Shown: positions 48,398 to 61,256, numbered from the stretch's first letter. The stretch: 64,000 bases of DNA from Scyliorhinus canicula (GCF_902713615.1 NC_052162.1:132518653-132582652); one strand, 5' to 3'. A program made the numbers and translations. Notes: a model not told the origin generated them from the sequence alone.

Positions 48398-51333
48398 CTA
48401 CCAGAGGCATGTTGGAAACAGAACCAGAGAGGATTAACAAAACCTTCAAGGCCTTCTACCAAGAGCTGTACACCTCAGAGCCCCCAACGGGGAAGGCTGG
48501 GATGAACCGGTTCCTTGAGGGACTGGACATACCAGTCGTGGGAGAGGGCAGGAAACGGGACCTGGAAGCACCACTAGCACTGGGAGAGATCATGGACAGT
48601 ATCAGCTCCATGCAGACGGGGAAGGCGCCGGGACCGGACGGATTCCCGGCGGACTTCTACAAAAAATTTGCGACAGCACTGGCCCCGCACCTGCGGGAGA
48701 TGTTCACAGACTCGCTAGCTAGGGGCACACTGCCACCCACGTTAGCACAGGCCTCAATCTCGCTGATACCTAAGAAAGACAAAGATCCAACGGAATGTGG
48801 GTCATACAGACCCATATCTCTGCTGAACGCAGACGCCAAAATACTGGCCAAAATCCTAGCCAAAAGGCTAGAAGACTGTGTACCTGAGGTGGTCACAGAG
48901 GACCAGACGGGCTTCGTCAAAGGTAGACAGCTCACCTCGAACATCAGGCGCCTGCTGAACGTGATAATGACCCCCTCCGGGGAGAGAACACAAGAGGTGA
49001 TCGTCTCCCTGGACGCAGAAAAGGCCTTCGACAGAGTCGAATGGAAATACCTCATAGAGGTACTGGAGCGGTTCGGGCTTGGAACAGGGTTTACCGCTTG
49101 GGTAAAGCTCCTATACAATGCCCCCATGGCGGGTGTACGGACCAACAATACCAACTCCCAATACTTCCAGCTGCACAGGGGCACCAGACAAGGATGCCCA
49201 CTGTCCCCGCTGCTGTTCGCACTAGCAATCGAACCACTAGCAATCGCGCTCAGGGCAGCAAAAAATTGGAGGGGGATCCGAAGGGGAGGCAGAGAGCACA
49301 GAGTCTCACTCTATGCAGATGATCTGCTCCTCTACATCTCGGACCCACAAAGCAGCATGGACGGAATCATCGCGCTCCTGAAAGAGTTTGGAGCCTTCTC
49401 GGGCTACAAACTCAACATGAGCAAAAGCGAGATCTTCCCAGTACACCAGCAAGGGGGGGGGGGGGCAGCACTAAAGGGGCTGTCGTTCAAACAAGCCCGA
49501 AATAAATTCCGCTACCTGGGGATCCAAATAGCCCATGACTGGAAAGGTATCCACAAATGGAACCTCACCAGCCTGGCGGAGGAAGTAAAAAAGGACCTGC
49601 AAAGATGGAACACACTCCCACTCTCCCTCGCGGGGAGAGTCCAGACGATCAAAATGAACGTATTGCCCAGGTTCCTCTTCCTGTTTAGATCCATTCCGAT
49701 CTACATCCCCAAGGCCTTCTTCAAAGCACTGGACAAACTTATCATGGCGTTCGTATGGGGGGGTAAAGAAGGTCCTACAAAAAACAAAATCCAGGGGGGG
49801 CTAGCCCTCCCGAATCTACAATTCTACCACTGGGCGGCAACAGCCGAGCGAGTAAGGGGATGGATCCAGGAGCCAGAGGCCGAGTGGGTCCGTGCGGAGG
49901 AGGCCTCCTGCATGGGGACCTCCCTCCGGGCCCTCGCCATGGCAGCACTCCCATCCCCACCCAAAAAACACTCCAGCAACCCAGTGGTGACAGTCACCCT
50001 CCAATCCTGGAACCAACTGCGGCAGCAATTTGGCCTGTACAAAATGTCAGACAAGGCTCCCATCTGCAACAACCATAGGTTCAAACCAGCACTGACTGAC
50101 GCCACCTTCAAAAGGTGGAGGCAGGACGGGGGGACACTGACAGTCAGGGACCTATACACGGACGACAGGATCGCAACACTGGACGAACTGACAGAGAAAT
50201 TTCGGCTAGCTGGGGGGAACGAGCTACGGTACCTGCAGCTCAGAAACTTCCTACGAAAGGAGACAAGGACGTACCCACAACCGCCACGACAGACACTACT
50301 GGAAGACCTACTGGACGCAAGTATCCTAGAGAAAGGGAACTGTAGCGACATGTATGACCGACTGGTAGAAAGGGACGACACCGTACTGGACGCAACAAGA
50401 TGGAAATGGGAGGACGACCTGGGGATGGAGATAGGGTGGGGACTCTGGAGCGAAGCACTGCATAGGGTCAACTCCACCTCCATGTGCGCAAGGCTCAGCC
50501 TGACGCAACTAAAAGTGGTACATAGAGCCCACTTAACGAGAAACCGTATGAGTAGGTTCTTCCCGGAGGTGGAGGACAGATGTGAACGGTGCCAAAGAGG
50601 CCCGGCCAACCACGCCCACATGTTCTGGTCTTGCCCCAGACTTGTGGAGTACTGGACAGCCTTCTTCGAGGCTATGTCCAAAGTGGTGGGGGTGAGGGTG
50701 GAGCCATGCCCGATAGTGGCGGTCTTCGGGGTTTCAGACCAGCCAGATCTATTCCTGGGGAGGAGGGCGGACGCCCTTGCCTTTGCTTCCCTGATCGCCC
50801 GCCGTAGAATCCTGTTTGGCTGGCGGTCAGCAGCACCACCCAGAGCTGCAGACTGGCTGTCCGACCTCTCGGAATCTCTCCAAATGGAGAAAATCAAATT
50901 CGCCATCCGAGGGTCGGACGACGGCTTCCACAGAACGTGGGAGCCATTCATGCAACTGTTCCGGGACCTGTTTGTGGCCAACGTACAAGAGGAAGAATAG
51001 TCGGGTGGCCAAGAATCAGGGGAAAATGGACGGGAATCGGGGGAAGGCAGCCGGGGGGGGGGGGGGGCTATGGGTTCGTTACGTGGGTTTGATGGCTAGC
51101 TAAGGCCCAAAACCAAACTAAATAAATGCCAATAAACATGTGCCTCGGCCATATTGGGGAATGTAAAATATGTATGCCGGTTAAAGGGGGGAGGCCACAG
51201 TTATTATTACGAAGATGCTTACCTGTAAATATATATGTTAATTTTTGCGTGTTTTTTTTTCTCTCTCTCTAGCAATTTGTAATTTGTTCAATATAAAACA
51301 TGAAAACTGAATAAAAAACATTTATAAAAAAAA
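48398..51333 (+). mobile_element. 5'-truncated L1-clade non-LTR retrotransposon (ORF2: RT plus C-terminal CCHC), antisense in the J-CH1 intron
   Basis: Frame open from the 5' junction to 51000. RT motifs include KAPGPDG, YRPISLL, LDAEKAFD, RQGCPLSP and YADD, plus CERC..NHAHMFWSC. The 3' UTR ends in AATAAA and an A tail. 14-bp TSD ATGATTGAATGGCG at 48384-48397 and 51334-51347. Confidence 0.95.
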
Positions 51334-51649
51334 TGATTGAATGGCGGATTAGACTCAATGGGTCGAATGGCCTCATTCTGCTCCTATATCTTATGGTCTA
51401 ATGGGAAGATAATCAAGTCACGTCTTAGGGGCAGCACAGTGGTGCAGTGGTCGCATTGCAGCCTCACGGAGCTGAGGTCCCAGGTTTGATCCCGGCTCTG
51501 GGTCACTGTCTGAATGGAGTTTGCATATTCTCCCCGTGTTTGCGTGGGTTTCGCCCCCACAACCCAAAGATGTGCAGGGTAGGTGAATTGGCCTCACTAA
51601 ATGACTCCTAAATTGGAAAAATGAATTGGGTGCTCGAAAATTTTTTTAA

Positions 51650-53040
51650 AAGTCACCTCTTACTCTTCTAAACTCCAGTAGATACAACCTTTCCTCATCA
51701 GAAAACCACCCCATTCCAGGCAGCACTCCGGGAAACGTGGTCTGAACTACCTCCAACGTATTTCCATTCTTCCTTAAATAAGGAGACAGATACTGTACAC
51801 AATACCCCAGATGGGGTCTCACCAGTGCCCCGTATAACTGAAACACAACCTTTCTAACTTTGTATTCCCGCCTCGGTTTCTTTTTTTATTCTTCGCCATT
51901 TCATGTTTTCCCACACAAGACTCCATTTGCCAGATCTTTGCCCGTTCACCACCAATCTCTATCCATTTGCAGCCTCCTTCTGGCCTCTTCACAACTGAGT
52001 TTCCCATCTATCTTTGTATCATCAGCAAATTTAGCCTCAAAACCTTTGAACCCTTCATCCAAGTCATTGACATAAATTGTAAAAAGCTGAGTCTCAGCAC
52101 TGATCCCTGTGGCACATCACTCACTCAGCTGGAAGTGACCCATTTATGTCCGTTCCCTGTCAGCCAGCCGTGCCAATAACCCCTTATTCCATGAGCTTTT
52201 TGTTTCACAATGACCTTTGATGTTGCTCCTTATCAAATGCCTTCTTGAAATGGAAGTACAGTACATCCACCGGTTCCCCTTTACCCACAACACATGGTCA
52301 TCATTCAAGGAACTCCAATACATTGGGTAAAGATGATTCTGTCTTACAAAACCATATTGACTCTGCCTGATTCTGTTGAATTTTGCTACCTGCTCTGTTA
52401 TAACATCTTTAATAGTAACTTCCAACATTTTCCCGATGACAGATGGGAAGATAACTGGGCTGTAGTTGCCTGCTTTCAATCTCCCTTCTCTCTTTGAACA
52501 AAGGAGTTGCATTTGTTATTTTCCAATCTAATAGAACCTTCCCCAAATATTTGAAATTTTGGATAATTAAAACCAGCCCATCAACTATCTCACCAGCCAC
52601 TGCTTTTCAGAGCCCAGGATGATATCCATCAGGATCTGGGGACTGGTCAGTTGATAGCTCCAACAATCTGCTCAGTGTCACTTCCCTGGTGATTATAATT
52701 TTACTGAATTCCTCCCTCCTTTCCACTTCCTGCCTTACAGCTGCTTCTGGAAGGTTACTTGTATCTTCCACAGTGAAGATCGATTCAAATTTCCTCTTCA
52801 ATTCATCTGCCATCTCCTTATTTTCCATTATTAGCTCCCCTGATTCAATCTCTATAGGGCTAATGATCACTTTGTTAACACCTTTCCTTTTTATACATCA
52901 ATACAAACTTTTACTATATGTCTCATATTTCCAGCAATCTTTCTCTTGTATTTTACATCTTCCTTCCTGATCAATCTTTTTGTTATTCTTTACTGCTTTT
53001 AATATTTTGTCCAATCTTCTGACCTCCCACCCGTCCTTGA
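51650..53040 (-). mobile_element. CR1-like LINE remnant
   Basis: Minus translations LYGALVRPHLGYCVQYLSPYLRK, W.I.NATPLFK.R.G...GNYSPV...VIGKMLE, ENKEMADELKR.FESIFTVED. Confidence 0.8.
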
Positions 53041-53084
53041 GCAAGTATCTGCATTTTCTCAAAATTTTATATTGTCTGGGAGTG

Positions 53085-54060
53085 TTTGATGGGGACAATG
53101 CAGATGGAGATTTATTTTGTATCTAACCCCGTGCTGTACCAGTCCTGGGAGTGTTTGATAGGGACAGTATAGAGGGAGCTTTACTCTGTATCTAACCCCG
53201 TGCTGTACCTGTCCTGGGAGTGTTTGATGGGGACAGTGTAGAGGGAGCTTTACTCTGTATCTAACCCCGTGCTGTACCTGTCCTGGGAGTGTTTGATGGG
53301 GACAGTATAGAGGGAGCTTTACTCTGTATCTAACCCCGTGCTGTACCTGTCCTGGGAGTGTTTGATAGGGACAGTGTAGAGGGAGGTTTACTCTGTATCT
53401 AACCCCGTGCTGTACCTGTCCTGGGAGTGTTTGATGGGGGCAGTGTAGAGGGAGCTTTACTCTATCTAACCCCGTGCTGTACCTGTCCTGGGAGTGTTTG
53501 ATGGGGATAGTGTGGAGGGAGCTTTACTCTGTATCTAACCCCATGCTGTACCTCTTCTGGGAGTGTTTGATGGGGACAGTGTAGAGGGAGGTTTACTCTG
53601 TATCTAACCCCGTGCTGTACGTGTCCTGGGAGTGTTTGATGGGGACAATGCAGACGGAGATTTATTTTGTATCTAACCCCATGCTGTACCAGTCCTGGGA
53701 GTGTTTGATAGGGACAGTGTAGAGGGAGCTTTACTCTGTATCTATCCCCGTGCTGTACCTGTCCTGGGAGTGTTTGATGGGGACAGTGTAGAGGGAGCTT
53801 TACTCTATCTAACCCCGTGCTGTACCTGTCCTGGGAGTGTTTGATGGGGATAGTGTGGAGGGAGCTTTACTCTGTATCTAACCCCATGCTGTACCTGTCC
53901 TGGGAGTGTTTGATGGGGACAGTGTAGAGGGAGCTTTACTCTGTATCTAACCCCGTGCTGTACCTGTCGTGGGAGTGTTTGATGGGGACAGTGTAGAGGG
54001 AGCTTTACTCTGTATCTAACCCCGCGCTGTACCTGTCCTGGGAATGTTTGATGGGGACAG
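53085..54060. repeat. 69-bp tandem repeat (about 14 copies) in the J-CH1 intron
   Basis: Unit GGGAGTGTTTGATGGGGACAGTGTAGAGGGAGCTTTACTCTGTATCTAACCCCGTGCTGTACCTGTCCT. Confidence 0.95.
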
Positions 54061-55729
54061 TGAGTAGGGAAGGTTCCAAATTAATGTCACTGGAGATGAT
54101 CCAGCTCAGAAGGAGCCATTCAGTCCATTTTCCCTCTATCTGTTCTCTTGTGGAGATAACCAGTTAATTTCACTCCATTGCTGTTTACCAATAGACCTCA
54201 AAACTGTTTTAGAGCCAAAGATTCATTACAGCACAGAAAGAGGTAATTCAGCCCATCAAACCCATGCCAGCCCTCCAGCGAACAATCTAACCTGTCCCAT
54301 CCCCCTCTCCATCCCTGTCGCTCTGTAAATAAATTTCCCTCAGTGATCATCCAATCCCTGCTGAAATTATTGTCTCTGCTTCTTTTTTGGCAGCAAGTTC
54401 CAGGTACTTAGTTCAAGGAGGGGAGGAGAAGCGACTTGTTTCTCAATTGAGAGAAACAATGAAGGAACGAATGTTTTCGAGAATTTCCTTCAATTGTTTT
54501 TCCAGTTCCTTTTTGGAAGTTCCTGTGGAACCTGCTTCTTCCTCCACTTCAGAAAGCGTTTTCCAGATCACAGGAACCCCCGACGTAAATGATGCTTCAT
54601 TAAAGTTGAAATGAACATTGTTTATTGTCACAAGTAGGCTTCAAATGAAGTGACTGTGAAAAGCCCCTAGTCGCCACATTCCGGTGCCTGTTCGGGGAGG
54701 CTGGTACGGGAATTGAACCCGCGCTGCTGGCCTGCCTTGGTCTGCTTTAAAAGCCAGCGAGTTAGCCCTGTGCTAAACCAGCCCCTGCTGGTTCAGAACA
54801 ACTTTAGAATTGTTTCTGGAAAAACTCCCCACCACCGTTATCAGGCTGACTGGTCAGTAATATGTGAAATAAATCTGCTATTAATTTACTCTTTTATATC
54901 CTCCAGCTACTTTCTCAATGTCATTCACAACTTCCAAACCCTCTTCTTCCCTGAGGAAAACAACTTAAATTCTCCTTAATGCTAACTAATTAATCCTGAG
55001 GTATGTTTAATACGGCCCGGTGCCATCATGGTTAGCACTGCTAAATTGCCCCTTAGTGTCCAAAGGTTAGGTGGGGTTACGGGGATAGGGTGGGGGATTA
55101 GGCAGGATGCTCCTTTGGAGGCTTGGTGCAGTCCCGATGGGCTGAATGGCCTTCTGCACTGTAGGGATTCTATGATCTGTCCAATGCTGAGAAGGCTACT
55201 GTCCTGCACTGTACTGGGCCTCACACAGTCCAACACCGACATCCTACTCACTGCTCACATTGAACTGATCCTTTCAACATCTTTTCAGAACTGTTCAAGC
55301 TTTACCCTGATTGATAGGTGGTCGGACTATTCAAGTAAACTTGTTGGACAGAGAGAGAGGGAGTGAGAAAGAGGATTAAGGAAGAGAGAGCAGGGGAAAA
55401 AAAAGAGATGAAGACATAATGAGAGAGCAAAAATTTAAAAACGGAAGATATGAAGAAAGAAAGATGAGAAAGAGGGAAGAAAGCTGACTGAAAGAGAAGA
55501 AAAGAAAAGAAATGATGAAACGAAGGGGAACTCAGTGAGTAAATTCAGACAAGGTGCTGAACAATAACCACTGCAAAAACAACAAAAATGCTGAAAATGA
55601 TCAGGATTAAGAAATGTTTGTCCAGTTTTCAACGTCTTTCTGCTGAGGAGGAAGGTGAATTGGAACCGCACAGGCTGAGGTATTTTATTCCAGTTCAATA
55701 AACCCCTCACTCAGTGTTTATGCCCAGCG

Positions 55730-56850
55730 ATGTTCCCATCGCACAGTCCAGCTTAGAATCAAACGCTCTAGGCTCGACGTTCATCTCGGGCAGTGACATA
55801 TCCTCCCTTCCAGTTCCTGACTTCCGGCTATTTCTGGGATATTACTTCTATCCCGAAGCGTGAATACCGATGCAAAATACCTGTTCAATTCATCTGCCAG
55901 CTCCTGATTTTCTATTATTAACTCCCCAGACTCACTCTCTATCAGACCAATACTCACTTTGTTAACTCTTTTCTGTTTTATACATCGACAGAATCCTTAC
56001 TATCTGTTTTAAATGTCTAGCTAGCTTTCTCTCATAGTCTAATTTTTCTCTCCTTATTAATCTTCCAATCATTCAATGCTGGTTTTTCTATTGTGTCCAA
56101 TCTCCTGACCTGTTACCCATCATTACGGAATGATATTCTTTCCTGTTGAGTTTTAATCTATCTGTATCGTCTCTCGTCAACCGAGGATGGTAGGCCTTCC
56201 CTTTAGAGATTTCTCTTTCTCGTTGCAATGTACTTATTCTGTGTTATTCTGAAATATCCCTGTAAATATCAGTCACTGCTTCTCTGTTGAACTATCCCTC
56301 AGCCTAGTTTCCCAGCTCACTTCAGCCAGCTCTGCTTTCCTGCCCACATAACTGCCCTTATTTCAGTTTTAAACACTAGTCTTGAACCCGCTCTTCTCTC
56401 CCTCAAATCGAATGTAAAATAAATCATGTTATGATCACTGCTGAGCCCTGCAGCCTCACGGCGCCGAGGTCCCAGGTTCGATCCCGGCTCTGGGTCACTG
56501 TCTGTGTGGAGTTTGCACATTCTCCCCATGTTTGCGTTGGTTTCGCCCCCACAACCCAAAAGATATGCAGGGTAGGTGGATTGGCCATGCTAAATTGCCC
56601 CTTAATTGGAGAAAATGAATTGGGTACTCTAAATTTAAAAAAAGAAATGTTGTGATCACTGCTGCCGAGGGATGCCTTCACTACGAGATCATTAATTACT
56701 CCCATCTCATTGTACAATACCAGGTCTAGTAAAGCCTGATCTCTGGTTGGCTCCAGAACGTTCTGTTCAAAGGAACTATTGTGAAAACATTCTGTGAACC
56801 CCTCATCTCGGCTCCCTTTGCCCATCTGACTTTTCCAGTCTGTGTGTAGA
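55730..56850 (-). mobile_element. CR1-like LINE remnant (endonuclease/linker) interrupted by a SINE
   Basis: FEQNVLEPTRDQALLDLVLYNE.GVINDLVVKASLGSSDHN, with GSSDHN repeated on both sides of the SINE at 56445-56645. Confidence 0.75.
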
Positions 56851-58572
56851 TTAAAATGTCGATGATTATCTCCGGACCTATCTTACAAGCTGCCGTTATT
56901 TATTTCTTCATCCATCATCCTAACAGGGACTACTGGTGGGAGGGGGGGGGGGGGGGCAGTACCACCCCCACAAGAGACTTCTTACATTTATCATTCCTCA
57001 TCTTTACCCAAACCACTTCTATATCTGGGTCACCTGAACTTCATTCATCTTGATTGTGCTAAAATGTTTCCTGTTTTCTTTTTGCGAAGTAAATCGAAAA
57101 GTTCATCCGGGGGACATATTGAAGCCAACATTGGCCTTTTGTTCATTAAGTTAACAAAATTTTTGAAACAAGAAATTAATTTTGATCAAATACAGAAAAG
57201 TAGTTTGTGAACAGCACCCAGGAGAATTTCAGCTGCTGAACCCTGAATGGACCATGAATCTGTCCCTTTAGAAGGATGTTGTTAACAAGACGCTGAACTT
57301 TATTTTGGGAACCTGGACTGGCGGGAATTCTCCGGCCGTTGTGATTCACTGTTCCCTCCAGCAGCACATCCCCATCCGCGGGATTCCCGGCAGCGCGGGG
57401 TGACTTCAATGGGAAATTCACTGACAAACGGTGGGAAGAGAGACTCCCGCCTCCAGCGAGCGGCGTGCCGCTGGGAAACAGGCGGCTGGGGAATCGGAGA
57501 ATCCAGCTCACTGTCTCCATTAAAAGGAGCAAGCACAACACTCCGAACGTGACATCTTGTTCCACTAATAGTGTAATAAGAAATCTTATTCCTGCCCATT
57601 GGACTTACACTCAGAGTGATATTTAATTATTGAGTCAAATAATCCAATACTTTTAAACATTGAACAAAAAACCGATACCAATAAATTAACGATTAACAGA
57701 TCTATTATTGTTATTGTCTTGGAAAATATTCAACCGCACAGAAACCCTTCCAGTTCCCAACCCTCGAGTGTGGCTTCAGTTTGAGCTGAAATCTCAGAGG
57801 CCAGAGATGATTTAAACTCTATCGAGAGCTCCGACATCACAGAGAGTTAAACAGTTATTGTCAAAGTGCTAATGAAATCCTGTCTCAATAAGACACAATC
57901 TTTTTCCACATGCCGTCTGTTTCCTGTCCGTCCGGACAATTCACTGGTTTATGCTGTAAATTTGTTGGGATGAGGCATTTTTAATAAACACAAATCCCTG
58001 TTTGTCACCCTGTGGAAACCATTTTCCCTCCGGGATCACTAAACTGTCAAGTCAAACATGGAACGTATTCCGTTTACACCCAAAAACTGTTCCAGCAATG
58101 TTAGAACTGAAATAAATACAATGTGAAGCAACTGTGACACCAACTATTACATCAAAGCACAACTGGATGATATGTTTTAATTTAGAACAAAATTCTAATC
58201 CACCCGCAAAATTCCTGAAATCCAAAATCACCAAACCTGCCCCAACATTAAGTGTCCTGAAAACTACCATCTGAATCAAGCAGAACACATTAAACAGATC
58301 CTGAATCTTTATTAGATTCTGGGAATCAATTCTGTGGAGTTAAATCTAAACCTTTGAGAGTAAATCCAGTTATCAGATTTCAGCTCCAATTCCTGGGTCT
58401 ATTCTCGACTCGACAGAAATCCGCCTCTCTCAGATAGAATCATCTAATTGTTCCAAATATCTCACTGATTTCAGGTGAATCATACATTGCACTTGAATTA
58501 TTAAATTCACAAATAACACAAATTACAGAAAATAAATATTCGATAAGGAAGGAATTGAGAAGTTTGTCTTAC

Positions 58573-58620
58573 CTGAAGTCACTTTCACCAAGGTTCCGCT
58601 GCCCCAGTAGTCAAGATAGT
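58573..58620 (-). CDS. IgW: JH segment (YLDYWGSGTLVKVTS)
   Basis: WGxG motif and phase-1 donor TCAG|GTAAGA. Confidence 0.95.
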
Positions 58621-58658
58621 CACTGTGCTCCGTCTGTCCTTCACCCCATACAATAACT
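58621..58658 (-). promoter_or_regulatory. JH RSS, 22-bp spacer (23-class)
   Basis: Plus strand CACTGTG (58621-27), 22 bp, ACAATAACT (58650-58). Confidence 0.88.
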
Positions 58659-58996
58659 GAATATGTCCACGATATGTAATAATCTCAGGGTAATGTAAAT
58701 ATAAACCGGGTTTTAACCTGGAGCAGCAGTTTCCTGTATTTTGATCCGGAATTCCATCCTAACCCTGTTCCAAATGTATGAACAAATGAAATATTTTTGC
58801 AGTTTTCCTATCTGTGAACACCAGATCCTGCACGTTACTGAGAATCAGAATCACCTCCTTTTTGTCCTTTATTTTCCCAGAAATCAACATTTTCCTCCAA
58901 CAATCCGAGTCAGTGTTTAGATGTTTCACTCTGGGAAACATGAATGTGGAATCCATGGACACAGACTCTGATACACACGGTCATTTGTGGTGAGGG

Positions 58997-59062
58997 AGTT
59001 TGTGTCAAGCTCTCTATCGCTGTGGTTCCAGTATCACAGTGCTTCACCCCAGATCATAAACC
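58997..59062 (-). other. IgW: D segment 3 (J-proximal) with 12/12 RSS; core ATACTGGAAC (59025-59034)
   Basis: Plus strand AGTTTGTGT (58997-59005), 12 bp, CGCTGTG (59018-24), 10-nt core, CACAGTG (59035-41), 12 bp, TCATAAACC (59054-62). Supplies the 12-RSS needed to join to JH. Confidence 0.85.
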
Positions 59063-59402
59063 ACGGCTATAAGATCCAGCCCAAAATAAAATGTCCCAGA
59101 CACGTGTCCAGGAGCTTTATTAACTCCTCAGACTGTATCCGGGTGTCCCCCACACACCAGGTGTCAAACTCGGGGGGGATTTCAGGACTTTACAGGAAGA
59201 TGAGTGAATCCACACGGAGTTTTCATTGTTCTTCATCCACTCGCTGTTACTCTCTGTTATTTCCCATTTCAAATAATATCTTCACAGAAAGTTGTTCACA
59301 CACCCAGATTATTGAATCAGGATCTGATTTATATCCACGGGGCATGAGGTAAAGGTGGTGATATCGCCCGAAGGGTCCAGTTTCAATCACTTTCCTGTGG
59401 CA

Positions 59403-59482
59403 GGTTTTTGAATGGAGGGTTCCCCCATCTCTCTCACTGTGCCACCCGTATAGACACTGTGATACACTGCCGTACATTAACC
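59403..59482 (-). other. IgW: D segment 2 (duplicate of D1) with 12/23 RSS; core TCTATACGGGTGG (59442-59454)
   Basis: Plus strand GGTTTTTGA (59403-11), 23 bp, CACTGTG (59435-41), core, CACTGTG (59455-61), 12 bp, ACATTAACC (59474-82). RSSs identical to those of D1. Confidence 0.9.
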
Positions 59483-59804
59483 TCCTCCCCTTTCACTGTC
59501 ACTGAGTCCAGTCACTTCACATTGAAACCACATTCACACTGCTACAAGGGAGCAATCCTCTTCTCTCATTCACACTCACCATGGTTTGGGCTGTGGTGTT
59601 TCAGTGGATCAGTTCCTGGATCAGTGATCTGAAGGTCTGGGTTTAATAATCCAGGAAATCCCGAGTTCAATGCCTCTTTGGGAGTTTGAGAATTTCACTT
59701 GAAACATCCGGGGGAAAGCTGGGATCAGGAAAAGAGACCATAAAGCTGTTGGATTGTCACAAAAAACCCAACTGGGTAAATCCTGAACTTGAGAAAAAAA
59801 TCTT

Positions 59805-60510
59805 GTCTCGTCTGTCAGTGACTCCAGCCTGGTCTGTGGGTGACTCCAGTCTGGTCTGTCAGTGACTCCAGTCTGGTCTGTGGGTGACTCCAGTCTGGTC
59901 TGTGGGTGACTCCAGTCTGGTCTGTGGGTGACTCCAGTCTGGTCTGTGGGTGACTCCAGTCTGGTCTGTCAGTGACTCCAGTCTGGTCTGTGGGTGACTC
60001 CAGTCTGGTCTGTGGGTGACTCCAGTCTGGTCTGTGGGTGACTCCAGTCTGGTCTGTGGCTGACTCCAGTCTGGTCTGTGGGTGACTCCAGTCTGGTCTG
60101 TGGGTGACTCCAGTCTGGTCTGTGGGTGACTCCAGTCTGGTCTGTGGGTGACTCCAGTCTGGTCTGTGGGTGACTCCAGTCTGGTCTGTGGGTGACTCCA
60201 GTCTGGTCTGTGGGTGACTCCAGTCTGGTCTGTGGGTGACTCCAGTCTGGTCTGTGGGTGACTCCAGTCTGGTCTGTGGGTGACTCCAGTCTGGTCTGTG
60301 GGTGACTCCAGTCTGGTCTGTGGTGACTCCAGTCTGGTCTGGGGGTGACTGCAGTCTGGTCTGTGGGTGACTCCAGTCTGGTGTGTGGGTGACTCCAGTC
60401 TGGTGTGTGGGTGACTCCAGTCTCGTCTGTCAGTGACTCCAGTCTGGTCTGGGGGTGACTGCAGTCTGGTCTGTGGGTGACTCCAGTCTGGTCTGTGGGT
60501 GACTCCAGTC
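59805..60510. repeat. 22-bp tandem repeat (about 32 copies) between D1 and D2
   Basis: Unit TGGGTGACTCCAGTCTGGTCTG. Confidence 0.95.
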
Positions 60511-60800
60511 CCACACTCAATGCCGTTGACTGTTAGCTGCCCTCTGAAGGGGTCAGTCAGTCTCAGTTACCATCACCTTCTCAGGGTAACGAGGATTAGA
60601 GAACAAATGTCCATCTGGACAGTGATGTCTTCATCCACTCGCTGTTCCTCTCTGTTATTCCCCATTTCAAATTATATCGTCATAGAAAGTTGTTCACACA
60701 CCCAGATTATTGAATCAGGATCTGATTTATATCTACGGGGCATGAGGTAAAGGTGGTGATATCGCCCGAAGGGTCCAGTTTCAATCACTTTCCTGTGGCA

Positions 60801-60880
60801 GGTTTTTGAATGGAGGGTTCCCCCATCTCTCTCACTGTGTCCCCCATATAGACACTGTGATACACTGCCGTACATTAACC
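60801..60880 (-). other. IgW: D segment 1 (V-proximal) with 12-RSS facing V and 23-RSS facing J; core TCTATATGGGGGA (60840-60852)
   Basis: Plus strand GGTTTTTGA (60801-09), 23 bp, CACTGTG (60833-39), 13-nt core, CACTGTG (60853-59), 12 bp, ACATTAACC (60872-80). Confidence 0.9.
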
Positions 60881-61217
60881 TCCTCCCCTTTCACTGTCAC
60901 TGAGTCCAGTCACTTCACATTGAAACCACATTCACACTGCTACAAGGGAGCAATCCTCTTCTCTCATTCACACTCACCATGGTTTGGGCTGTGCTGTCTG
61001 CCTGAACATTGATATCTTTCAGACCAGGTTCCTGTCAGACCGCAGGGTTCCCATCACATCACCAGCTCAGGAATCGCCAGCCAATAATCACATTCCCATT
61101 CCCAGGGGCGGCAGATCCCAGCTCAGTCAGGATGGGAATGAAGCTGTGCTGATAACTGAGGGTTAGTGATCATTCCTCCCCTTTCACTCATTCCACTGGC
61201 TGCAGATTGTCTGACTG

Positions 61218-61256
61218 AGTTTTTGTCCCAGTCCAGCCCTGCTTCCTCTCACTGTG
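61218..61256 (-). promoter_or_regulatory. VH recombination signal sequence, 23-bp spacer
   Basis: Minus strand CACAGTG (61256-61250), 23-bp spacer, ACAAAAACT (61226-61218). Confidence 0.96.

Noticed and set aside
49824-50981. 385-aa minus-strand ORF
   Set aside because: It is the antisense shadow of the L1 ORF2, with no recognisable motifs.
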